DNA of 64,000 nt from Octopus sinensis (GCF_006345805.1 NC_043015.1:35960001-36024000); one strand, 5' to 3'; shown: positions 39,670-54,246, counted from the first letter of the stretch. Program-made: numbers and translations. The notes: generated from the letters alone by a model not told the origin.

Positions 39670-41175
39670 TGTATATATCCAAATGATAGGAGACAAGGAA
39701 AATTCTCTAACACATTTTACCGATTCGTCAAAGTTGTTTTTGTATCAAATCTATTTGCAATGCCAGCTTCGGCAAAACTTTACGTAATGTTTGCCGTTTC
39801 AGATATTGGCCCTATCCGAAAATTTGGAATGATTATTATCGAAGCAATGCTCGTAGAATCTTGACAGAGTCGGAGAAAATAGTTTACGCTCTTTCCTCTG
39901 GAACTTTACATCGTGAATTCAATGTCACCGTGGTCAAACACAGACATACATCGACAACATTCGTTAATTTCAAAATGGGGTCATAACCCCGAAATATTGA
40001 ATTCAAGGTAAGTCTACATTAATTCATATATTCTGGGGTTTTTTTGCGATTTGCCTTGCATTTACTTCGCATTGTTCTGGCCTTACCCACAATGCTTTAT
40101 ACAATATATCCTACACAATGCTTCATACAGATTATTAGTAATGTTTGTCGGACATCATTGTTTGAGAACCACTGTTCGTGTGTTTACGGACCACTGCTTA
40201 GCTGTTCGGTAAATGTGACCGATACAATAAGTAATGGGGTTGATTTGTTCGATCAAAGATTATTCAAGACGGTGCATCAACATGACAAAAATGTAAAAGA
40301 TAAAAGACAACAGATGGGAAAGCCAGAATCCAAGGTTACAGCTGTCCACTCCACTGAAGTTGTCTGGTTTGAAAAACAAGTCTTGCACGTTCTGAACTGA
40401 TACTTAATTTATCGATCGCGAACTGAGGAAGAGCATAGTTGGCATTGATAAGATTTGAAATCAGAAGGAAACGAACTGGAACAAATACGATAAGGTGTTC
40501 TATCGGAAGCTGTAACGATTCTGCCAGTTTACTGATGTCAAATCATAAAGTAATCTGAAGAAACTAGTAGTGTTGAGCTCCTTCAGTAAATCTCAAATGT
40601 ACTGAATACATGGCGATCATTGAGTTGTTGGGTATACATCCTCCATCTTGGCATGACACACATCTTCTGTTCCTTACTGTATAATCATTTATTTTAGGAG
40701 TATTTAAATGGGTTTCTTTTCTTATCTCCAACTATTCGAATTATCTACTTAGTTATGCTGGATTACTATATTCTAATCACATTTAGCGATTATCACTACT
40801 TTCGGAAGTCTGTCGGTGCGCTTAAGTATTAGAGAAGGTATACTGATCTATATCCCCCCCTCTGTATCTGTCGGTATGTCTGTCTGTCTCTGTGTTGCTT
40901 TGTCTGTCTGCCTCTCATTCTCGCTCCTCCCTTCCTTTCTCACACTAACACGTCTAAAATATTTTTTGTATTTCTGTGCACGTGCCATTATCGCCGCTTC
41001 ACGAACTCTAACGAGATTCTCTATATTTCCATTAAACTACTTCATCTCTACATAAATATCTGACGTAAAAGCGTCTCATATTTATGTTATATACGTTTAT
41101 ATAAGATTTATGTTGTTCTTTTATACATAACCTCTTCCTCCAAAAGTGCTGGCCTTGTACCAAAATCGGGCGACG

Positions 41176-41358
41176 AGGCGGCGCGCAGGCTGAAGGGTTA
41201 GCGCGCTGGGTATAATGCTAGGCGGCATTTAGTCCGTCTTTATGTTCTGTGTCCAAATTCGGTCGGAGTCGATAAAATAAGTACCAGTTGAGTACAGGGG
41301 TCTATGCAATCGACTTACCTCCTGCCCTGAAATTACTGACCCTATGCCAAAATTTTGA
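41176..41358 (+). mobile_element. SINE family 1
   Basis: Head GGCGGCGCGC.GGC.GAA.GGTTAG, body GATAAAATAAGTACCAGTTGAGTAC.GGGGTC, tail GCCAAAATTTTGAA plus (ATT)n. Confidence 0.8.
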
Positions 41359-41532
41359 ATTATTATTATTAAAACAATGCTCGCAGAATCTTTACAGAGT
41401 CGGAGAAAATAGCTTACGATCTTTCCTCTGGAATTTTACATTCTGAATTCAATGACGCCGTGGTCAAACAGCTTGCGCACGAATCGGCGTTGAATAAAAT
41501 ACAGGTTTTCACAGTACAATTTGCTGTTTATA

Positions 41533-41592
<60 letters not shown>

Positions 41593-41598
41593 GTGTGT

Positions 41599-41629
<31 letters not shown>

Positions 41630-41699
41630 ACTGTGCCTGTGTGTGTATATAAATTAAAAAAAATGTCCTTATAGATCTGTGAACCACAGATGTGATATG

Positions 41700-41776
41700 C
41701 GTAGCTGATGAAGCATAATAATGCAGAAAAGCATGAACGCAAACATTGATGCACGCAGAAACGCATGCGTTCGATG
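41700..41776 (+). ncRNA. Hammerhead-like motif with a small internal duplication, probably decayed
   Basis: CTGATGA(41705-41711), GCAT-aata-ATGC hairpin, a first GAAA then a second GAAAC-GCATGC-GTT (palindromic stem III); stem I CGTAG/CGATG has one mismatch. Confidence 0.4.
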
Positions 41777-42187
41777 ACGACACTCATTGCCCCATGATGT
41801 GATTTTACACAATCTTTACGAGGAGAATTTTCTTCTGAGACTATTTCCGTGGCGGAAGTGCATCCCATTTCCAAGTGCACTGGAACGTGCAATGATTTGA
41901 TTGAACACACCTACATTTAACGCAACGCTCCTATATTTATCTTAAGTTAATATGAATATATGACATCATAAAAATCAAATGGAGAATTGTGCATCTTCAA
42001 AACCTCTTTTTATTATCCACATCATATTCCTCTTAGATTTCAATCCCGACTCACATTTCTGCCGCAGAAACTCGTTATGAATCCCAAACATGTGCTGAGA
42101 CTGAAATCTAACCTGAATATAATATGAAGTATACTGCAATAAACAAGTTTTGAAGACACATAATTCTACTTTGTTTTCCTTTTTAAG

Positions 42188-42267
42188 ATGTCGTTGTTTT
42201 ATACTTGGGATACTGTATGAAATCGAAGGAAGCAAACCCGGGATTTACCTGTTGAATGAAATATGGC
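42188..42267 (+). CDS. Candidate 80-nt exon
   Basis: Strong CTTTGTTTTCCTTTTTAAG acceptor, C|GTAACT donor; only one frame is open (CRCFILGILYEIEGSKPGIYLLNEIW), phase 2 to 1. Confidence 0.25.
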
Positions 42268-43368
42268 GTAACTGTTTGCCTTAAACAGTTTTGTGTGTTC
42301 TTTATCCTTTAATGTGGTTGGCCAGAAACAGGACTTTAGCCGAGTACTAATAAGGTTCCTTTCTTTTACTATATGTGTGTGTTTATGTGTGTATGTGTGC
42401 CTGAGATTGTATGTGTATGTGTGTGTGTATTTATGTATGTATTTTTACCGCATACTCAGGTGAATGCACATATACAGATGTACATCATTATTTACAGAAA
42501 TAAAAAAAAACAACCAAACGCGTGGGCATTTCTAGATTTGCACGACTGCGCACTCATGCACACACCCACGGCTAAGCCGATCAAAAGCCATCCATATTTC
42601 CACCCAGTCTTTCACAGCGATCTTCCTTCATTTTCCCTCATCTGCTCGCTTCTAACACATGTATCCTCTCTGCCCTCTCTTCCTCCTAAAACTTCTTCAC
42701 CCCCCCCCTGTATTTACTATCTTTCTCTCTACCCAAAGTCCCTGCTTTCTCTCTATCTCTTTTTTCACCCCCCTTCACTTTCTATTCCCTTTTGACTCTC
42801 TCTCTCGCTTTCTCATATTCTTTCATAAATTTCAGTCTTCATTGCAAATGTGACGAGTCTATACTTCTCTCTCTCACTCTCTCTCTTTCTCTGTCTATCT
42901 CTCCATATTCCCTCTCTCTCTCTCTCATCTCCATTACAGTTTCTCCCAACTCTCACCATCACTCTCATTGCGATTCCTTTCACTGTCTTTCTCACAGTTC
43001 TTGACTTCTCGCTATCCAAATCACATCTCTAAACACTTTTAGCCATTTCCCTTTATTTCTCTCCCCCGATTCTCTTTCTTCCTTTCTCACTTTCTCGCTT
43101 TCGTTTTTCCCTCTCATTCTTTTCTACATTTCTTTCCCCCTCTGTCTCATTCAGTTTTTTCTCTCCCTCCTACTCAAACACTACAGCTACCACAACCAGC
43201 ACCATCACACAACCGCTCACTCCTATTATTAATACCGCCTCAAAGACCGCCCCCCCCATTATTACAACTGGCACCATCCTCACCAGAATCCACCCTCTTA
43301 CACTACCAACATCATTTCCACCCGCCGCAACCATCACAACCACAACTTGCTCCGCGACGACGACGATG

Positions 43369-43400
<32 letters not shown>

Positions 43401-44089
43401 CAACACTGCCACCACCTCCGACGCCGCCGCCAAAACAATCACCATCATCACAACCACAAGCACCACCTACACCACCACCACTACCATATCTCTTCTACAA
43501 CAACTTACCTTCCTGCTAAAGGCTTTTGTTAAATTCAATTTTCCAACTGGGAACTATTTAAAACAGAAACCATTGTGGCGAAACTATATAAAGGGAGATA
43601 ATTAAAGAAGAAGAGGAGGAAGAGGTGGGTTGAGTAAGAGGTGACCGAGCGAGGGAGAGTGGGGAGTGAATGGCAGACATCAGGTTGTTTTTCTTCTTGC
43701 TTTAATTGTTACTGTTGTTGCTGGTGTTGTCTGTCTGTATGTATGTATCTTGGGTGTATATATATATATATGTATATATGTGTATCGAACATAAGGATTT
43801 GGTCGAAGTGACTAGCTTTTCCTAAAGTGACATTCCTGAACTTTTCACATTTCGTTAGCGTAAGTTTTCAGCCAAAGTCAGCGTGACACTGTTTGTGAGG
43901 CCAAGTCATGCATTTCCAATGAACCGTAGCATCCACAAAGTGCATACCTCCTTTTTATGCTTCTTCCGATTAAGAAACGCGCCTAATGATTGTTCGCTGC
44001 AGGAACGAACCAAGCACATGATACTTTTGAAGCGAACCTCTTAACCATCTGGCCACATTGGGTTGAATAAGAACGACCGCGTGTCCTCT

Positions 44090-44480
44090 TTTTAACTTCG
44101 TTTCATTGTTTTAATTCATTGAACCGCGCCTCTGCTGGAGCACCGCCTTCAAGAGTTGTCTAGTCGAATGATTCAACATCAGTATTTATTTGTAAGTTCT
44201 AGTACTTATTTTATCGAACGCTTTTGCCAAGCCGCCAATTTACGGGGACGTAAGCACAACAATCTCGGTTGTGTTGTTGTTGTGGAGGACAGACACAGAC
44301 ACCAACACATACACACGCACGTACATATATATATATATACACGACAGGCTTCTTTCAGTTTCCGTCTACCAAATCTTCACAAATTGCTTTGGTCGGCCCG
44401 GGGTTATAGTAGTAGACACTCGCCGAAGGTAGGACTGAACCTGGAACAGCGTCGTTGGAAAATAAATTTCCTACCACGCC
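44090..44480 (-). mobile_element. SINE family 3, near full length
   Basis: GCTGGAGCACCGCC, TTACGGGGACGTAA, CAGTTTCCGTCTACCAAAT and AGACACT.GCC.AAGGT motifs shared with other copies. Confidence 0.8.
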
Positions 44481-44570
44481 TATATATATGCATGTATGTA
44501 TAGATTTAAATTCCACTGGATTTATTTCAGGAATTCTGTAGTTGGCCGTTCAAGCCCGTTCGGCTTCTAA

Positions 44571-44601
<31 letters not shown>

Positions 44602-46127
44602 ACACAAATCCTGAAGTAAATCCAGTGGCTTTTAAAATTATACTGTTGATGCCATCAGATAGCCGTTTGCTGTGAATGGGCTTTAAACGGCATACTACAG
44701 TGTGCATAACCAGATTAAAAATTATTTCAAACACACACATACGCACACACACACATAAACACATACACGCGTGACACACTCACACGCACATGCATATATA
44801 TACATACATATGTATGCATAACTACATATATGATCTATACAGCATAATCTCTCTCTCGCTTTCTCTCTCTCTCTGTCTCCGCCTCTCTCTCTATATATAA
44901 ATATATATTAAACCCAGACCCAAGCACGCACGCACGCACACACACACAAGGATAGACACCACCTAAAGACAGAATGGACTAAACAGGACACAGAATGGGA
45001 CACGTGAGCTGCATTGTTGTCGAAGATGTCAGAAGATGTGTGGCGAAAGATTTCAGTCAGAGGATTCTTAAGTATGAATATTATTGAAGCCGAAATTAAG
45101 ACCCAATACATAATGAGTGTTGTTGATTGGCAAAAAATATGGCCATCCCACAATATAACAAAACACACATACACACATATCTATACTGGAAGGAAGAAAG
45201 AGAGAGAGGGAGAGAGGGAGAGAGGGATGAAAGAAAAGTATTTTCATCGAGTGAAAGTTTATAAGAGTAAAATGACCAGTGAGAAAGTGAGGATGTGAAA
45301 GAGGAAAAGAAAAGAAAACTGTAAAGGTCAGGAGAGAAGAAAAGGACAAAGTTAGAAAGAATAGGAGTGGGGAGGGGGAGAGGGGGAGAGGATTAGGAAA
45401 GCGAGAAGCTGTGAGGGTCGGAACCGAAAATAAGATGCGATATATTATGGTTAAAAAGGGAGTAAGAGAGGATAAGAAAGAGAGGGGGAGAGAGGCATGA
45501 TTGTAGAGAGGGAGATGAAAAAGAGAAAAACGATACACCGTGAGTTTTGAGAGAGAGCGAGTGTTAGGGAAATATGAAACAGAATGGATTATATAAATAC
45601 GAGAGAAAATGGGAAATTAAGAGAGAGATAGAGTAAGAGGAATAGGTAAAGGGAGAGAGGGAGTGAAATAAAGAGAAAAAGAAGAGAGAGAGTGGGAAAT
45701 GAGAGAAAGTGATATAGTTTAAATTACTGAGAGATTAAGAGAAAAAGAGAAACTGAAAGATAGAGAGAAGGTGTAATGAGAACAAGAGTAGCAGATATCG
45801 TATAGAAGGTGTTAGTGGGAGGAGTGAAAGAGAAGCAGAGAGAGAGGTAAGTATAAATGAAAGAGATATTGGACTAAGAAGAGAGAGAGGGGGGGAGAGA
45901 CAGGAAGGAAAAGTGCCAAAAAGGATCGGATATTCAAATGTTGGTATAAAATAATTGGAAGGTATTCTAAGCGGAGAAAGAGAGAGAGAGAGAAAGAGAA
46001 AGAGAAGGAGAGAGAGAGAGTAAGAGGGGGGCGATGCGGCAGCGATTGGGTACGAAAAATTGCTCGAAGCAGACGATAGAAAGTGTGAGAATACAGAAAG
46101 ATAATTATATTAATTCGAACATTTCAG

Positions 46128-46241
46128 ATGCACAAGAAGTGATGTATCAATTTTACAGTTATTTTGACAGTGAAGAGATGCATGTTGCAGCTTATTATTG
46201 CATATTCAATGCACCATTCTTTTTCGGATTTGAAAAACGAA
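46128..46241 (+). CDS. Candidate 114-nt exon, weak resemblance to a cyclic-nucleotide-gated channel C-linker
   Basis: ATTTCAG acceptor, A|GTAATT donor, only one frame open: AQEVMYQFYSYFDSEEMHVAAYYCIFNAPFFFGFEKR. DAQEVM recalls CNG DEQEVL with similar spacing to the next hydrophobic pair; judged by eye only. Confidence 0.25.
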
Positions 46242-47078
46242 GTAATTTTAACAGCTATTCAAGAACTACTGAAATAAAACATGGCTTCTCTGCAGAAAAT
46301 TATTTCATTACCTTCCAAAGCTAACATAATGTCAATTAACTCTTGCAACAAAATGTGTTGTTAATAATATTGCTTAGAAAATAATAATCATGTTCGCAAC
46401 AATGGTGTTTATGTCTGTCTGTCTGTCTCTTTATGGCAGTTTGGCTTTGTAAGTTTTCACGCTGACACTATGTACACTTTCTGTTTTCACACTAGCGACC
46501 TATCTGGCTACTTACCTACTTACATACCAATCTATCTACCTGTCTACCAACCTATCAACCTACCTATCTATTTTCCAGCCACCCAACCTACCTATCTAGT
46601 TTTGCAGTTATCAACTTACATTCGCTTTTTTCCTTATATTTCTATATAAATCGGCACCATTTTCTTTCTTCTCTTCCTTCCATCCTTTCTTTCTTCTGTC
46701 TTTCTTTTTTTTCATTTTTCTCTCTTTCATTTACACTTTCTTCTCCTCCATATTTAATTCTCCTCTTTCTCTTATTCCCTCTGTACATGTATGCGTGTGC
46801 GCTCGAGTGTATGTGCCTTACCGGAATGAGAGTGTGTGTGTTCGCGTGTGTCCTGTAACCTTTCTATATCTTCAAGGTACCATGTTTTTATATACCTGTC
46901 TCACTCAGCACCTTTTCTTTTCCAGTTCGTGGAGATTATCTCAGACGGGTGAACCGAAAACACAGTTTTCGGCAATAAGAAAATGCTTCATATACTTCTT
47001 TTACTCTCTCTTTTCCATTTGTCTCTCCTTTTCGTTTTTTCTCTCATTCTGTCATTTCTTTCCTTTTCTCTCTCTCTA

Positions 47079-47175
<97 letters not shown>

Positions 47176-48064
47176 CTCTTTTTCTTTGCATATGTTCTCA
47201 TTTCAATCTGTCTCTCCAACTATTTTTCTCTCTCTTCCTTCATCAGTCTTTCACACCCCCATCTCTTTCTCTCTTTCGTATATCCATCACTCTTAGAGGC
47301 TATCTATGCCACTCTCAATAATCTCCCTCATTTTCTCATTCATCTCTCACTCTATCTTTCTCTCACTCTCTCTTACACCTCTCTATCTTCTCTCTCCCTT
47401 TATCACTCTCCCTGTTTCTAACTCTTCCCTTTTCACTCTCCCTCAACTTCTCCATAGCATCTCTTATTCACTCTCTTTCTCTCTCCCACCTCTCTCGCTC
47501 CCTCTCTCTAAATCTGTTTCTTACTCTATCTCTACAACCGTTAATCATAAATCTTTCTCTCTGAAAGCTCACCCCGTCTCTCTGTTTTCCCCCTTGTCCC
47601 TCGCTTTCACTCACATCTCTCTCTCTCTCTCTCTCTCCCCATCAATCTCTCTCTCTCTAAATTTCTCATCATCACTTCACTCTCTCCTCCACACATCTCT
47701 ATGTCGTCACCGTATCATTCTTCCACTCTTTTACACCCTCATCTCTCTTTCTCTCTTTCTTTATCTCTTTCTCTCTCAGCTTTTTCTTACTCTCTCTCTC
47801 TCTCTCTTCTTCTCACTCTATCACACTCTCTCACCTATATTATGTCTCTCTCTCTCTCTATCGATTTACTTTCCTCAATTTCTCTCAAAGTCTCTCCTCA
47901 TCCCTTCACGCTTTCTCATCCAAGTATCTCTAAATCACCACTGCTTCCCTCATTGACCTCTTCATCCTCTTTCTGTTCTCTTATTTCTCTCTCTCTATTT
48001 ATCTCTCTCCCTCCCTTCCTCTATCCATCTGTCTATCGTTGCACTCTACTTTCTCCTTCTCCCG

Positions 48065-48095
<31 letters not shown>

Positions 48096-48224
48096 ATAGG
48101 TTTCCCTATAAACACCCTTCGCCACCCTACACTTCACATCGATGCTTGTTATGTCCCAGTTGCCAAATTCCGTCATGATCATTGCAATTTACCATTCACA
48201 CATTGTAATTAATGGCTTCTGCCC

Positions 48225-48357
48225 ATGTCTTTGCATGAGTGTATCCATGTATGCTTGTATGTATGTATGTATGTGTGTATGTGTGTATGTATGTATGTAT
48301 GTATGTGTGTATGTATGTATGTATGTATGTATGTTTGTATGTATGTGTGTATGTATG

Positions 48358-48389
<32 letters not shown>

Positions 48390-48775
48390 CATGCATGTAT
48401 GTATGTATGTATGTATGTATGCATACATGTATGTATGTATGTATGTATGTATGTATGTATGTATGTATGTATGTATGTATGTTTGTATGTATGTATGTAT
48501 ATATGTATGTATGTATATATTTAAGTATGTATGTATGTATGTATGTATGTCTATTTTTATGTACGTATATATGTATGTATGTTTGTATATATATATGTAT
48601 GTATGTATGTATGTTTGTATGTATGTATGTTTGTATGTATGTGTATATGTATGTATGTATGTACGTATGTACGTACGTATGTATGTATGTATGTATGTGT
48701 ATACGTATGTATGTATGCATGTGTGTATGTATGCATGTATGTGCGTGTATGTATGTATCTATGTTTGTATGTATG
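48225..48775 (+). repeat. About 550-bp (ATGT)n array
   Basis: Seen directly. Confidence 0.97.
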
Positions 48776-51496
48776 AGCGCATGTGAGGGAGCGTGAGAGA
48801 GCGTGACTCACTGTGTATATATATGTGCAAAGGGCAGTCATTCGTTCGTTCATGTTTATATAGTAGTATGGGTTTGTGTATATCAGTGTATGAACTGGAT
48901 TCTGCGAGTCGATGTTTGCCGTTGTACTCTTACGAATGTGTGTTTATATGTGTGTATACACGCGCGTTTAACTTCACGTTGTCTTGTTTATATTCTATGT
49001 AAATGCTATATTTGAAATTTCAACAGGGGTGAAGATTTGACGAGCATTCTTTTCTGCGCATGCGTACAAACAAGGCTTTGTCTATATATCTCAGAAATAT
49101 TTGGTTTTCATATAATGGTATCTATTTACCTACCTACCTACCTACCCATCCACCTACCTACCCACCTATATTTTTCTTTCTTTCTTATTTCTTTCGTTCT
49201 TTCTTTCTTTCTTTGTGTATCTCTATCTTTCTTTGCACAACTGTACCTATCTCAGTTTGAGTCTATCTCTTTCTCTTTGAACCTCACACATTTTCTCACG
49301 GTGTCTCTCTATAGAAAAGTGTGCGTTTGTCTGTGTTTGTGCATGTGCGTGTGATAATTTACTTATAAACATATCTATACATTTATACACACTTATACAT
49401 GCTCCAGTATGGATGCACTCACAAACACACACATAATTTCATACATATATACATATGCACAAACACAAACACGCATACACATACTCATACACAAGCACAC
49501 ACACATACAAACACACATACACACACGAACACACACACACACACACATAAGCACACTCTTTTTTTGCTTTTCTCCAATTATCTCCTTCCATACTCGTCTC
49601 TCTGCGACCGTACATTCAGTGTTAATATATTAGAATGGATTTCTCTCTATTTTTTTTTGTCAAGATAAACAAATAACTGCAGATTCTATGAAATCCGTGG
49701 AATGGTTTATAAGAGTCTCTGTCTGAAGAATTGCTTACATATCCTATACAACACTGTTATATACATACATAAAAATATATACATAAAAATATATACATTT
49801 AACATATATGTACATGTATGAATATAATATACATGTATGTATGTGCGTGTATGTTTGTCTTTGTTTGTGTCCACATTTGTATACAATTCACTGACTCTCT
49901 GGATAAGTTCCTACAAGTGAAAGCACTCAAACCAAATGAGAGTTTAGAATGGTTTATATATAGACGGTGCATTAACGGGATTGTCGCAGCGACTCGAGTT
50001 TCCCATTAATGTACACTATATAAAAACTGTATATACACACACACATATGCACAAATATATGCGCATGCATGTATGCATGTATGTGTATGGACATATACAT
50101 ATTGGGATAGGTAGATATAGATATATTCATGTACCTACATCTATTTACGACTTTATCTGTAAATGTATATCCAACCCTCTCTCTCACTCATTCACTCTCT
50201 TTTCTCTGCGAGTTCGCCAACATTTTCCCCTCCGACTGCCCCCCTTCATGTTTACTCTATTCACTCACTCCTACAATTGATAAGGCATTTGAAACTTGAT
50301 TACGCACACCCCTGTTCGGCTTCCTCGGATCCTTCCGAAGATATCTGGCAGGGATTATTACTTACAAAGTTTCAACCTCTATCAAGGTATAAAATCTATA
50401 TGTATTGCTTACAAAAGTTTTGCGAAAACATTCAATAATCCTTAGCGAATATTGTTTGCGTTAAACGGAGAATTCTCGAGATAATTTATTAGATATACAG
50501 AAACTTGTTGTGGAATTCTAAATGGATTACATTGTACATCCGCTTGTGCAAGATGGGAAATTGTTCTGGAATAGTGATATGGTTTTATCGTGTCGCTATG
50601 GAGAGGCATTTCTCGTGCCCTGTTAATATAACAGTTATCGGTGATATGGAGGGTGGTAGATGCCATTAATCCAGGAACTTTGGTTGAATTCTTGCTAGCG
50701 AGTAAACAACTAAATCAACAAAGGCACGTTGTGATAAATCTACGACTTAATATGGCCATAGCAAGATTTGAACTTAAAAGATAAAGATCCCTAGCAAACC
50801 CAGAAGATATTTGCTCCGATGTCCTTACATTTCCATGCATCTAGGAACCTGGAATAGTTAATTATTTTTTAACGAATCTGAAAACATGGAAGACAAAGTT
50901 GACCACTGTGGGATTTGAACTCGAAAGGTTGAATCTTTTATTTTTTATTCGTTTCATTTATTAGCAAGGATTCAATCGAATCAGTCGACCCCAGTTCATA
51001 TGCTTTTTTAGCTTCTTCCTTATTCTATCGGATACTTTTGCTGATCCGCTAAGTTACGGGGATGCAAACAATCAACACAATCCGTTGTCCATAGACGAAT
51101 CTCAAAATTCTCAAACTTTGTGATAAGACTGAGAATCAAACTTGTAGGTATAAATGATTGGATACATGGAAATAGGTGTGTGTGTTTATGTATGTATGAG
51201 AGTTATATATTCCGCCACGCCCTTGCAGCCACCGGAAAATACACAAACAATATATATTAGTGTATGCTTTTAATAATATACATATATACATATAAATAAG
51301 TTCACACATACAAACATAGATATGACTATCTAGCTGCCTGATTTTCTGTGTCTGTCTGTCTGTCTACCTGTCTATCTCTCAATTTATTTATCTCTATGCC
51401 TATCTATCAACGTATGCACATGCACACACATACATATATACATGTATGTCTGCAGAAAGATGTATATATGTATATATATATATTTGTATGTACATA

Positions 51497-51586
<90 letters not shown>

Positions 51587-51613
51587 ATATATATATGTAT
51601 GTATATATATATG

Positions 51614-51644
<31 letters not shown>

Positions 51645-52539
51645 GCATATATATAGACACAAATATATATATATTTACTCACATACAACAGACACGCACA
51701 TGCAGTCGTGTACGTGCGTTTTTTAGGTTGTGTTTCTGTGGTTTCTGTGTATGTGAGTGGGCTGGCTGAGTATGTGTGTTTATGTGTGTGTGAGTGTGTG
51801 TGTGTGTGCGTGTGTGGAAAATAGACAATATATAAATCATTTCACATACGTCATATTTTTTGACAAACATTTGAAATTTTTTGATGAATTTCATAAATTG
51901 TCTTTGCATTACATTTAATCATTTTTCATTTTCATTCTTTACAAAATAAAAAAATAAATAAATAAAATAATAAAGGAAAAGTAAAAATAACATTTATTGG
52001 CTAAAATAATTAATTTAAAAATTAATTTCAAACACTTCTTTCTGAAATTAAAAACAAAGAAGCAATTAGTAAGTAAAAAATAAGAAAACTCTATAAAACC
52101 GACGAATAAATAATGATACTCCACAAAAAATAATTAGTAGGTATATTTTTAATTAAAGCAATATTGTGAATCAATTTATTCTTCCATATTATTTTTTTAT
52201 TTACTGCATATATTATCAGAGACGACACCTGCAATATTGGCAGAATTCTTCGAAGAATTAGTTTGAATCATTAATAAACTAACGGAACTCATCTAATCTG
52301 GAATTAGGAGAACTGCTTCTATTTACAAATAGTAATAAATCTAAAGATATACGTTATGTGCAGCACGTGATGCAAATACAGACACATACATTGAGATATG
52401 CGATCAGGCGCGTTCTTAAATATAACTATATAAGTATATATGTGTGTAGGTAGCTAGGTAGGTACGTACGTACGTGCATGTATTTATTTTGTGTGCGAAT
52501 GTATGTATTTGTGTATCTGCGTGTAAATGTAGTAACTAG

Positions 52540-52750
52540 TTCTCCGTCAGTTACAACGACGAGGGTTTCAGTTGATCCGATCGACGTGAAATTGAGGCGC
52601 AAGTGGTGCGTGCAAGCCACAAACACGTGTTTCCTTAACGTAGTTCTCAGATAGATTCAGAGTGACACATAGTGTCAAAAGTCTGCTCTTTAGAATTACA
52701 GGTAATATACATTTTTGTCTGCTGAGTGGACTGGAGCGACGTGATATAAT
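52540..52750 (-). mobile_element. SINE family 2 core, partial
   Basis: CCGTCAGTTAC.ACGACGAGGGTT.CAGTTGATCCGATC..CCTTAACGTAGTTCTC..GATTCAG.GTGACACA is the reverse complement of the core at 56790-57116. Confidence 0.8.
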
Positions 52751-52866
52751 TTTTTTAAACGATTGATACGGAAGACAAACTCTAACTTCACGATTTATCT
52801 ATCACAACAATCGTTTCGGCTGCCTTCTGCACTGCTCCTTAAAAGTATGTATATATATGTATATAT

Positions 52867-52914
<48 letters not shown>

Positions 52915-53201
52915 TATGTAATAATTGAATTGTTTTTGGATCAATGAATTTAAATTTAACTGTAATTCGAATTTAAGTTATAGCAACGAAACGTACGTTT
53001 TCTATGTACTAATATACTGTTTATTTATTATTATGTACTGTTTCTGAACTAGATAAATGCTTTATTATGTATTTTATTTTCTATATGATATAATTTACGT
53101 CTATCATCGTTTGAATTACATAATAGTGGTTGTCTTCTAATTTATATATATGTATATATATAATATATACATACATATATGCATATGCATACATACACAC
53201 G

Positions 53202-53256
<55 letters not shown>

Positions 53257-53282
53257 ACATACATATATATGTATATATATGA

Positions 53283-53319
<37 letters not shown>

Positions 53320-53474
53320 ATATATATGTGTATACATATATATATAATTATTTCTCTTCTATACGCATGTATATCTGTGTATGTGAGTGTGTGTGTGAGT
53401 ATTACATACAGTTAAATAAATATCTGGACGAACAGACGGATGGAAGTATACACACACATATATATACATATATA

Positions 53475-54246
53475 CAGGATGCGGTGAATATATTGTCGTC
53501 TAAACTACGCAAACATGAAAGTAACACTGACATCTTATTTTAACAGATATATTTACGAAATTACATAAAAAAATATCTTGAAATTCTAAAGAGTAAATGT
53601 ATTCAATAAAATCTCCATTTACTTCAAACACAGTCTCCACACGACATTGGAATCACTTGCAAATCTTCTGAACGGTCTCCTTGTTAAATTTGGTGAATGC
53701 TGCCATAATCCTTGCCTTTAGTTCATGTTTGGTGTTACAAGGAGTTTTGTTGGTTTTTCGCTCAACTGCACTCCACACATAATAATCAAGGGCTTTGCAA
53801 TCTGGGGAATTAGGTGGCCAAATGTTTGGGATGAGGTGGTCGCAGAAATTCTTTGACAGCCTTGACCAGGTTCTCCTGCTTGTGTAGCAATGGTGCAGAG
53901 TCTTGTTGCCAGACATAAGGTCATCCAGTAGCCAGCCTCTTCTTGACCCAGAGCAGCACTACCCCACACCCTACGCACTTGATGTAAGACTCCATGTTGA
54001 TACTGAGTCAGTGTAGGAAGATGAATGGAGGCATAGCGTTACTATCACTAGTGATCACTCAAAATAACGTGACCTTGAAGGCATGTTGGAATTTTATCGT
54101 TCTGGCTACATGTTTTGGGGACTCACATTGATACACGGCACTCTGAAATGCCAATCAGCATAGCAAGTCGTTTCCAACTTTCTGGCAGAATGAATTGCAT
54201 CATGATGAGGTTTTTCCCACAGACGGTGCCCGGCTGACTCTTGTAT
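53475..54246 (-). mobile_element. maT/DD37D-type Tc1/mariner element, 3' half
   Basis: WQQDSAP.. then WPPNSPDCKALDYYVWSAVERKTNKTPCNTKHELKARIMAAF; terminal TA|CAGGATGCGGTG TIR-like end at 53475. Confidence 0.85.

Larger units (their letters stand above)
42590..48105. repeat. Low-complexity blocks: pyrimidine-rich 42590-43170, purine-rich 45180-46030, pyrimidine-rich 46620-48105
   Basis: Strong strand asymmetry of decayed (CT)n and (GA)n visible directly. Confidence 0.9.

Noticed and set aside
43171-43605. Thr/Pro-rich open frame of about 145 codons resembling a mucin exon
   Set aside because: Explained by decayed (ACC/ACA/AAC)n low-complexity sequence; no convincing donor and no specific motif.
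49970-50012. GAAAC-TCGA-GTC on the minus strand, same stem III as the 6284 hammerhead
   Set aside because: No CUGANGA core or stem I upstream.
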